Source: Antedon mediterranea
Taxonomy: Eukaryota > Animalia > Echinodermata
Assembly (NCBI RefSeq): GCF_964355755.1
Contig: NC_092672.1
Coordinates: 38,880,437 to 38,944,436 of the forward strand
Direction of reading: 5' to 3'
DNA: 64,000 nucleotides
Part shown: one piece after another, positions 52,947 to 64,000 of the stretch
How the letters are laid out: each line of letters starts with the position of its first letter
Numbering within the stretch: position 1 is the stretch's first letter
Notes under the pieces: model-generated
What the model saw: the letters and a program-made list of their open reading frames with translations, nothing else
The model's database searches: none
Told to the model about the DNA's origin: nothing
Translations under genes and position numbers: made by a program

Positions 52947-55900
52947 ATGGAATCCTCTTTGTTTTCTAGGGTGGTCAAATTTCGGCAAGGTGGCAGCAAG
53001 GAAGATGCGTCTGCAGAGGCCGAAGTGAACATGGCCAGCAGCAGGCGAACTCACAGGCCTACACATATGGGAAACGGGGCTACAGATGGAGTTCTAGGCG
53101 AATCGGAAGGTATAATATGTACAATATACTATAGGAGAAAAACTCATTTAGGCCTAGGCCGATATAAAGAGAAACAGTTTTTAACCACCCGATTGTTTCA
53201 TTGACAATGATATTTATTTTTTTTCACTGGTACACGGCACGGTATAAATATAGAGGTACCCACATTTTATTTTATGACCGATTTTATTATTGAGAGGAAA
53301 ATATGAAAGTATTTCTATTATTAGCATTACTTGGAAAGGCCTACTGGAGAATAGAGTAGGCCTTGTGGGCCCAAGAGGGAATACATGGCCTGGTGACGTC
53401 TTGAAATGGGACTGTTTTACATACATACAGTACTCGAGCCATTGTCCTGATCCTGATCAATCGTTTCAATTCTAATTAGTGTTATTGTTTATACTGCAAG
53501 CACGTACTATTCAGCACGTATAAGTTATAGCGTTTGTGTGCGCATAGAGCAGACTTGTGGCTGAAGCCTAGTTTTTAAATGACGTTGAATAAAGTAACTG
53601 AATTGGACGATTCCTTATGTTTATTACTTTCACTGTGAGTCTACAATACGTAGTATTGTAAAGTAACTGAATGTAAACACTATTTTTGTATTTTAATAAT
53701 ATTTTAATTTACTATTAATTATTATTAATTACTAGTAAATTAAATGACCTTTCATTGTGTTAAATTGTGAAAGTATTCCAGTACTCTTAATTTATAATTT
53801 CATTTTAAATTTTAATGAAGATCATTTCACAGTGGATGAAGCTGTTGAGAACATTGGCTTTGGTTTGTTTCAAATCAAATTATCTGGACTCACAGGACTT
53901 TGCTGGGTAAGATTGTTGACAACTTTACTGACTGCAGACATAGATATATTATAGTGAACATATCTCTATGGTGTGGTATCACAACAAAAAGCTGAAAAAA
54001 AATGTAAATGGAAGATAATTAAATGACATCACTATGAATGAATGTGAATTAATTCTGTTTATTATTTTGTTAACATAGAATGTTTAAATTCAAAAGTTTA
54101 ACATTTCTTCATCACATTTAATATACTGTTATCTATCTTTATAAATTTCCTCAGTAATACTTTAGAGAGGGTTCACTAACCCATCAGTGGGTAGTTCATT
54201 TGGGGGTAGTTACTAACAGTAAGTACAAATGGCAAAAAACATTACTTTACTTTTAGATTTTTCCTGTTTTTTTCCAGATGGCAGATGCAATGGAAATGAT
54301 GATATTGAGCATTTTATCACCAGAATTACGCTGCGTCTGGAATTTAAGTCGTGTTGAGGAAGCAATGATAACAACTGTGGTCTTCATTGGAATGCTCTTA
54401 AGTTCAACACTGTGGGGCAAAATCTGCGATAAATACGGACGAAAAGTGGTATGTTGTATTAACTTACAATTTTATTAATTTTTATTAAGAGAGGTATCTT
54501 TATACTATTCTATTGTTATTTCTTGTAATACATCTCAATGCTATTATTGTCACTGATTCATAATTGCTTATCTTAGCCTATATTATTGTTATTTTTTGTA
54601 ATACATCTCAATGCTATTATTGTCACTGATTCAATTCAATTATTGAATAAAAATATAAAAAAATTAAATTCATAATTGCTTATATTAGCCTATATTATTG
54701 TTATTTCTTTTGTATTCATGATTAATAGTCTTGATATAAAGTTGTATTTTCTTATTCTTGTTTCTAATTTTATATTTAACATGTTTTTGATTAAATGATG
54801 TTTATACAGTATTTTCATTATTTTATATTGTTGCATGCATTACATTGTTGTACGTTCCTAAATAAAAATGAATAACATAAGAACATAAAAAAGAGAATTA
54901 CATATTTAAAATAAATGAAGATGAGATATAAAACAGATTATGCAAGCCTTCATAGGTTGTACTTGAACGTCAGCTTAATAATAGCTCATCCAGACATCTG
55001 TACAATATATGATGATATGTTATTTGTTAATCAAATCCTCACCATTGTTAAAGCACTTTTGAAATCCAGTTGTTATTACACAAGCTGCTGTTATTATTGA
55101 TTATTTTGACAAAATTATTAACAGTTGTATAGATTTTTAGGGTTTTCATATTTCAAGTTGTTAAAATCATGAAAGCTTTGTTACAATTTTATTTAAAAGA
55201 AGAAAATGGACATTTGTATTATTAATATTAGTAGGAGTGTTTATACACAGGAAACCGGGGTCTTCTTAATGCTTAGGTTTTGTAAAAAAGTAAACAATGG
55301 AAAATTGATAATGTAGCACATACACACACTGTAAATAGCATACAAGTTAAATCTACCATATGTGAAATATGGAAAGATACTATAATCATCATTCACAAGC
55401 AGATTTATATAAAAAAAGTTAATTGATGTACTGTGTAATATCACAGCATGTATGTGCAGGATATTTGATTTCATTTCTAATCCTAGTAATGCTGGTAAGA
55501 AAAGAGTATTTAATTCAGTTTTTAAGTTAATAATTTGTTCAACAAATAGGATATCTGCACCAACAATCAACTCAAGAATGCACAATGAGTTAGCAAAGTT
55601 AGAACACAGTTCACCATTTCCATCTATTACTTTATTTAATGTAAACCCGACTGATCAAAATTTATTGTTTTGTTATTAATTTTTAATTGGACTGTCTCAT
55701 ATTAAATTATTATAAAAGCTCACCTTCACCCTTGGTGGAAATTTACCATGACCTTTGACATTAAAGATTACAATTCATTATAACTATATTTAGCCTGACC
55801 TCAATTAATAATTAAAAATTATGGTTATTTTGTGAATAGTTAAATTGTTTCTCACTTCATTATGCAATTGAAAAATACTGTGTTATGTTTTAAAAAGAAA

Positions 55901-58900
55901 TCAACAGATTATAGTTTATATGAATTTGGTATCATATGTAGAGTAAAGTGCTTTGTTACTTAATGGAAAATGACCCATGATCAATTAGTATGAATTAATA
56001 ACAAATATTTTCACTAAAAACAGTGGATACTGTATGTGCAGGTGGGTTAGGATGAGCACTGATATTTAATCTACCCTACCAGGATATGCCTTATTATAGA
56101 GTGAAGGCGTATAAGTCAATATTATTATTCTACTAGCATATGCCTTGTAGAGTGAAGGCGTATCAAATTTTCATTGATGTTAATGAACAATGACTTTGTA
56201 TTTCCATTTTAAGTAGGGTACATTATTTACATTTTATGAAATCAGAAATTGAAACTGAAATAATCTGGATTTATGTCTAACGACGTGGACATGTAAATTA
56301 CATTTTGACGTTGACATTAATATAGGTTATATAAATAATATATCACTTTAGGAACATGTTTACATTAGGTAAAATTTAAAGATTCATTCATAAATAACAA
56401 ACAATGAATTAGTTTTGCCAAAGAAAAGAGTAACATTTATCATTAATGTACCCATGGTAGTGGAGCTGTGGCTTGGTGGATATGATGCTTGGCTACCACT
56501 CCAGGGGTTCTGGGTTCAAGTCCCGTCACATGTCAGGATTTTTTCTAAGGACAAAATTACTCCACTCCAAAATAAAAATACGGTAATGAATAATTATTAA
56601 GTAGTAGTAGATCTTGTTTGGCAATAATCATGAAAAGCTCATTTGGTAACAACTGTTTGTGTGTCTCATTGAGCATACTGCTCTAATAGACTTTAAGATG
56701 CACACTGACAATTAAGCAAACAACTATCTTCTTCCCTCATGAATAATTATCTGTGCTCATTATGATGTTGATAGTGTCTCCAGCTACATACTGAATATCA
56801 CTTCAGTACACAATGTACAGTACATTAGGATGATTAGAAATTATTTATTGTGTTTATTTTCAATTTGAAAATTGTACTTAGTATAGTAATATGTAATAAC
56901 TTGATGCAAGTTTGTATTCTGTTTAAAATCTGTCTGCTAATTTTAGATGCGAGATTATACTCTCATTGAAGCGCGTCGGTTTATATTAACAAAAGGTCAA
57001 ATTGCAAATGTATGCGTATAGTAAACAGTAAATTCTTGCCAATTTTCAAATTGTGAATATTTAAAATGCGCAAGTGTTGTTGCTTATAATTAAATTTAAT
57101 TAGGATAGATGATTTTTATAATGATTTTGCATGCGATGTTTTGTATGATGGAAGTATGAATTAAATGTAATGTATATGGATGTGTTCATGGTGTACTGTA
57201 TGCAACCCATTTTGCTAACTAACATTGTCTGACATATCATTTCATTTTTTTTTTATTTGATATTAACTTATAATAATTATTATTGTTTTAGTAAATTTTT
57301 TATGGTAATAATTATTGCAAGGGAATCTTTTGGTATGTGTGTTCCAATAGACGAATATTCTCTTCCTTAAAGTATCATCAAGAATCTACTAATGCTATCT
57401 AATTGATCATTAATTTAAACATATTATTTTATTATAGAAAGTGAATTCTGTAGTATGGATGGAATTGGGTTATGTATTTGCTAACCTAAATTATGCATGT
57501 ACCATTTGGTTATTTTATAGGGGTTAATAGCGTGTTCCATATGGATTTTTTACTATGGTGTTCTTAGCTGTTTTTGTCCCATTTATATTTGGTTACTCAT
57601 TTTAAGAGGACTTGTTGGTTTTGGGATTGGAGGAGCACCTCAAGCGTAAGTTTTTAATCTTTTTGATAAAGTGCTCAGATTTATAAGAATATCTCAAAAA
57701 TAGTACTACAATTTCTTTATTAGTCTGGGCTACTTAAATATGATAATTTATTCTTAAGTCTTTAAATTATAAAGATTATGATTCCTAATCAATGAATATT
57801 ATCTTTTGAAATTAAGCAGATAAAGATACTGTACAGTACCCTAACACATTAATCCCTTTGATACAATTAAATTGGGTTAGGGTTAGGGTGCTCTTTTTTT
57901 CGAGATGGGCTTTTTTTCAAGATCACTTTTGTGAAGCATGGAAGGGTGAAGGAGGTGGGGAGCTCTTCTTTTGGAGATGGGCTTCTTTTCGAAAAGAAGT
58001 CCAATCCTACATTCTGTATCCATGTGGCACAAGACTACTGTACACCAATTATCAATTTACATTCTTACTGTAGTATATTTAATACAGTAGATTAAGTGGA
58101 AACCTATACTAACACACATACCTTCCCTAACCCTAAAGAAGTCCAATCCTACTTCTGTATCCACGTGGCACAAGACTACTGTACACCAATTACCAATTTA
58201 CATTCTTACTGTAGTATATTTAATACAGTAAATTAAGTGGAAACCTATACTAACACACATACCTTCCCTAACCCTAAAGAAGTCCAATCCTACATCTGTA
58301 TCCACGTAGCACAAGACTACTGTACACCAATTACCAATTTACATTCCTACTGTAGTATATTTAATACAGTAGATTAAGTGGAAACCTATACTAACACACA
58401 TACCTTCCCTAACCCTAAAGAAGTCCAATCCTACTTCTGTATCCACGTAGCACAAGACTACTGTACACCAATTACCAATTTACATTCTTACTGTAGTATA
58501 TTTAATACAGTAAATTAAGTGGAAACCTATACTAACACACATACCTTCCCTAACCCTAAAGAAGTCCAATCCTACTTCTGTATCCACGTAGCACAAGACT
58601 ACTGTACACCAATTACCAATTTACATTCTTACTGTAGTATATTTAATACAGTAGATTAAGTGGAAACCTATACTAACACACATACCTTCCCTAACCCTAA
58701 AGAAGTCCAATCCTACTTCTGTATCCACGTAGCACAAGACTACTGTACACCAATTACCAATTTACATTCTTACTGTAGTATATTTAATACAGTAAATTAA
58801 GTGGAAACCTATACTAACACACATACCTTCCCTAACCCTAAAGAAGTCCAATCCTACTTCTGTATCCACGTAGCACAAGACTACTGTACACCAATTACCA

Positions 58901-61900
58901 ATTTACATTCTTACTGTAGTATATTTAATACAGTAAATTAAGTGGAAACCTATACTAACACACATACCTTCCCTAACCCTAAAGAAGTCCAATCCTACTT
59001 CTGTATCCACGTAGCACAAGACTACTGTACACCAATTACCAATTTACATTCTTACTGTAGTATATTTAATACAGTAAATTAAGTGGAAACCTATACTAAC
59101 ACACATACCTTCCCTAACCCTAAAGAAGTCCAATCCTACTTCTGTATCCACGTAGCACAAGACTACTGTACACCAATTACCAATTTACATTCTTACTGTA
59201 GTATATTTAATACAGTAAATTAAGTGGAAACCTATACTAACACACATACCTTCCCTAACCCTAAAGAAGTCCAATCCTACTTCTGTATCCACGTAGCACA
59301 AGACTACTGTACACCAATTACCAATTTACATTCTTACTGTAGTATATTTAATACAGTAGATTAAGTGGAAACCTTTACTAACACACATACGTTCCCTAAC
59401 CCTAAAGAAGTCCAATCCTACTTCTGTATCCACGTAGCACAAGACTACTGTACACCAATTACCAATTTACATTCTTACTGTAGTATATTTAATACAGTAA
59501 ATTAAGTGGAAACCTATACTAACACACATACCTTCCCTAACCCTAAAGAAGTCCAATCCTACTTCTGTATCCACGTAGCACAAGACTACTGTACACCAAT
59601 TACCAATTTACATTCTTACTGTAGTATATTTAATACAGTAAATTAAGTGGAAACCTATACTAACACACATACCTTCCCTAACCCTAAAGAAGTCCAATCC
59701 TACTTCTGTATCCACGTAGCACAAGACTACTGTACACCAATTACCAATTTACATTCTTACTGTAGTATATTTAATACAGTAAATTAAGTGGAAACCTATA
59801 CTAACACACATACCTTCCCTAACCCTAAAGAAGTCCAATCCTACTTCTGTATCCACGTAGCACAAGACTACTGTACACCAATTACCAATTTACATTCTTA
59901 CTGTAGTATATTTAATACAGTAGATTAAGTGGAAACCTATACTAACACACATACCTTCCCTAACCCTAAAGAAGTCCAATCCTACATTCTGTATCCACGT
60001 AGCACAAGACTACTGTACACCAATTACCAATTTACATTCTTACTGTAGTATATTTAATACAGTAGATTAAGTGGAAACCTATACTAACACACATACCTTC
60101 CCTAACCCTAAAGAAGTCCAATCCTACTTCTGTATCCACGTAGCACAAGACTACTGTACACCAATTACCAATTTACATTCTTACTGTAGTATATTTAATA
60201 CAGTAAATTAAGTGGAAACCTATACTAACACACATACCTTCCATTCCATGGTAAAAGTCTTTTACTCTTACATAAATAATATATACAGTATATAGATTGT
60301 GCTGTATATTGTAAGTAATAGTCAATGTTTACATCATTAATACCAAATAACACCATGTAAAGTTTACTATAATAATACTATACTATCAAATAAATATTAA
60401 TTTATTTCTTTTCTACATAATGTAAAACAAATATTGGTTCATTTCTTTGTGTGTAATCCCTCAATTTAAGGTGAGAGATGGTACCAATTTAAATTGCATT
60501 AATGCATGAATATTACAGTAGCATTATCTAACAAAGAGGAATCTGCTAATGTCTAAATTGGGTTTCATGCTTGGTGTGGACAGGTTTTCTGTAGTTACCA
60601 GTTGTTTTTACTTTATTGTGTGTGTCTCTGTAGTAGTTATCATTATTAGGTAAAGTAACATACGGTAGTGGTAATGAGGGGGGGGGGGGGGGTTGTGGGG
60701 GAACTGTAGCATGAGTAAACAAATGATTAGGATTTGGTACATAGCATTTACATCATAGATATATTGTTCACTAAAATGACATATTAACAGTTTTCTAATG
60801 TTTAAAAAACTACATTTTATACAGTGTTATTACGGTTTATGGCAATTGCACCAAAATACCATCTTAAGCATTTTATGATTTGTTATCTTTACTTGAATAT
60901 GTTACGGAAGATTACCTTTCTTTTCAACCTTAATATTTACCACGTTTATTTTTCCACATCAATGATTATGGAGAAACAGCAATAGAAAGCAGCTATGAGC
61001 CATTTAGAGGAGTTTAAGCCTACAAACAGCAGTAGAAAGCAGCTATGAGCCATTTAGAGGAGTTTAAGTCTACAAACAGCAATAGAAAGCAGCTTTTTAA
61101 GCCATTTAGAGGAGTTTAAGCCCACAAACAGCAGTAGAAAGCAGCTATAAGCCATTTAGAGGAGTAAGTCTACAAACAGCAATAAAGCAGCTATGAGCCA
61201 TTTAGAGGAGTTTAAGCCTACAAACAGCAATATAAAGCATCTATGAGCCATTTAGAGGACAAACAGCAGTATAAAGCAGCCATGAAGCCATTTAGAGGAG
61301 TTTAAACCTACACTCAGCTGCACTGCTGGATCAGCTCATTTATTGGACTGCATCATATCCAAAGCTATAACACTTTTTTAAAAGTCTTTCAAAATAGGAA
61401 GAAGTCTTATGTAAAACTAATATATCTTTCTTTCTTTCTTTTTTTTATTATTCATACAAAACAAACAAAACAATACAATATTGTTGTAAACAGACTAATC
61501 CAATCTTATTCTAATGAGTACCTATTTTAACCTTACCAGGGTTTAATCGTGTCGGCCTGGTGGACATTCTATTTTGGTTTATTGAGCACATTTTCCCCTG
61601 TGTATGGATGGCTTCTAACTATGCGAGGCCTAGCAGGTTTTGGCATAGGGGGTGCCCCACAAGCGTAAGTTGTCATAATGTTGTCCTAACAATCAAATAT
61701 GGGTCAGTAGTTAATTGTAGACAAGGTAAAACGCAATGGTTGGGTTTTGGTTTGATCATTATTAAAATAATATTTACACTTTTTTTACATTTTAATTTAG
61801 CTTTTTGCTCTATTCTCTATTTTTATAGATAGTGGGAAACCTACTGTTCATTTTCATTATTTTATGTTGACTATGTTGCAATGTCATATGACTATCTGGA

Positions 61901-63710
61901 TTTTAAAAAATTGAATTTTCTTCTCATAGTTCATCCTACATACTGGTATATGTTTGATTTATCCCAAATTGTGATAATGTTATTGGTGAAACTCTACTTT
62001 CATTTAAATTTGGTGCAGCAATCACACTGGTTATATGACTAATAACCCTAAATTCAGCAGTATTTGAACACATTCAGGGCATACTTATTTGTAGAATACT
62101 ACACCCAATTTGGTGCAGTAATCATACTGGTTATATGACTAATAACCATAAATTCAGCAGTATTTGAACACATTCAGGGCGTACTTATTTGTAGAATACT
62201 CCACCCAATTTGGTGCAGTAATCACACTGGTTATATGACTAATAACCATAAATTCAGCAGTATTTGAACACATTCAGGGCGTACTTATTTGTAGAATACT
62301 CCACCCAATTTGGTGCCGTAATCACATTGGTTATATGACTAATAACCATAAATTCAGCAGTATTTGAACACATTCAGGGCGTACTTATTTGTAGAATACT
62401 ACACCCAATTTGGTGCAGTAATCACATTGGTTATATGACTAATAACCCTAAATTCAGCAGTATTTGAACACATTCAGGGCGTACTTATTTGTAGAATACT
62501 CCACCCAATTTGGTGCAGTAATCACACTGGTTATATGACTAATAACCATAAATTCAGCAGTATTTGAACACATTCAGGGCGTACTTATTTGTAGAATACT
62601 CCACCCAATTTGGTGCAGTAATCACATTGGTTATATGACTAATAACCATAAATTCAGCAGTATTTGAACACATTCAGGGCGTACTTATTTGTTGAATACT
62701 ACACCCAATTTGGTGCAGTAATCACACTGGTTATATGACTAATAACCATAAATTCTGCAGTATTTGAACACATTCAGGGCGTACTTATTTGTAGAATACT
62801 ACACCCAATTTGGTGCAGTAATCACACTGGTTATATGACTAATAACCATAAATTCAGCAGTATTTGAACACATTCAGGGCGTACTTATTTGTTGAATACT
62901 ACACCCAATTTGGTGCAGTAATCACACTGGTTATATGACTAATAACCCTAAATTCTGCAGTATTTGAACACATTCAGGGCGTACTTATTTGTAGAATACT
63001 CCACCCAATTTGGTGCCGTAATCACATTGGTTATTATTATATGACTAATAACCATAAATTCTGCAGTATTTGAACACATTCAGGGCGTACTTATTTGTTG
63101 AATACTACACCCAATTTGGTGCAGTAATCACATTGGTTATATGACTAATAACCCTAAATTCAGCAGTATTTGAACACATTCAGGGAGTAGTTATTTGTAG
63201 AATACTACACCCAATTTCTACATACACGTTTTGACGTTTTGCAGAACTCCTGTATTAACTTGTCATCACCAGTGACATGTTCATAAATTTAGTTTTTGTT
63301 GTTATTCGTTTAGTACAGTAGTTTATGGTATTTGGTGTTATATGGTGCTATATTGAAGTAAACTCCTCTTAATCTTTCTCTGTATCACATAACCCCAATA
63401 TCACATAACCCCAATATCTAGAAAACTTTGTTTTTTTTTATTTCAGTGTTTAAATATGTAATTGTAAGTAATTTAGATGGATACTAAGACTCCATTCCAT
63501 TCAAATATAATCCACCTGCTCTGAATTTCGCTCAATTATGCAGCCTAACAAAGACCAATGCTCGTATTTGGCCACCTGAACAGAAATTATTTACCTTGAA
63601 TTTACCTTGAATCGACTTTATTAATGTCTTTTTTCTTCATTTTTAGTGTAACTCTTTATGCTGAATTTCTGCCAGCTGAATTCAGGGGCAGATGTCTAGT
63701 TTTTATTGAG
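52947..63710 (+). CDS. SVOP: Synaptic vesicle 2-related protein (MFS), 5' part: 52947-53109, 53821-53906, 54278-54448, [57521-57645 or 61540-61664], 63647-63710; continues beyond window
   Basis: [60 protein letters not shown] match recalled SVOP; phases consistent. Confidence 0.92.
57521..57645 (+). CDS. SVOP: SVOP exon 4a
   Basis: TTTTATAG| [42 protein letters not shown] |GTAAGT; 125 nt, phase 0/2. Confidence 0.9.
57993..60242. repeat. 141-bp minisatellite (~16 copies) between SVOP exons 4a and 4b
   Basis: AAAGAAGTCCAATCC anchor at 58135, 58276, 58417... Confidence 0.96.
60974..61311. repeat. ~50-bp imperfect tandem repeat (~7 copies)
   Basis: AAACAGCAATAGAAAGCAGCTATGAGCCATTTAGAGGAGTTTAAGCCTAC. 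Confidence 0.88.
61540..61664 (+). CDS. SVOP: SVOP exon 4b (paralogous alternative exon)
   Basis: CCTTACCAG| [42 protein letters not shown] |GTAAGT; 125 nt, phase 0/2. Confidence 0.88.
62007..63217. repeat. 100-bp minisatellite (~12 copies)
   Basis: AATTTGGTGCAGTAATCAC anchor at 62107, 62207, 62307... Confidence 0.96.
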
Positions 63711-64000
63711 GTATTACACACTTTTTAAAGTTAAAACTTCTCCCAAAATTGACAGATAAATGTAGTTAGTACAGCTATGATATTTAGACAGCATGTTAAA
63801 TAGTTCTTGGCTGCTTTATGTTGTTTGCAGTCTAATGTAGAAAACTCCCAATTTGCATTCTTGGGTATAACATTTGTGTTACAGATTTCACACATTGTTA
63901 TTGGATTATATTATACAATAAAAGCATTAAGAATGACACAAAATTGATCGTAAATATACTAAGCAATGAAAAGCAGAAATAAAAATATTCAAAAGACATG

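Noticed and set aside
56455-56535. tRNA gene
   Set aside because: A/B-box-like motifs but no convincing cloverleaf; likely decayed tRNA-derived repeat.
61520-61539. U12-type branch site before SVOP exon 4b
   Set aside because: Upstream donors are GTATGT and GTAAGT, not GTATCCT.
61560-61832. 90-aa ORF
   Set aside because: Off-frame reading of SVOP exon 4b.
1-63217. CRISPR interpretation of the long arrays
   Set aside because: Head-to-tail units with no unique spacers, no cas genes, eukaryotic intronic context.

Overview
AT-rich eukaryotic (metazoan) genomic DNA with spliceosomal introns; probably a marine invertebrate such as an echinoderm, but that is inference. Gene names come from my recollection of human/animal protein sequences, not from a search. 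Spliced models built by hand with consistent phases: 3' end of ZW10 (+), complete GUCD1 (-), a two-EF-hand protein (-), a class A GPCR (+), complete PRODH (+) and the 5' part of SVOP (+). Roughly 40% of the window is locus-specific minisatellite. Mobile DNA includes a decayed Penelope-like retroelement with a hammerhead ribozyme motif, LINE fragments and several non-autonomous DNA transposons with visible TIRs/TSDs. Main observations: (1) at least five tandem arrays are amplified exon-intron junctions that stack 7-20 decoy splice sites beside the real one; (2) SVOP has two paralogous 125-nt exons that look mutually exclusive; (3) a 230-bp array of a 7-bp direct repeat separated by different short CA..TG palindromes looks like a record of serial P-type transposon insertion/excision at one site; (4) three GC-AG introns and very tight gene packing in the ZW10-GUCD1-EF-hand cluster.
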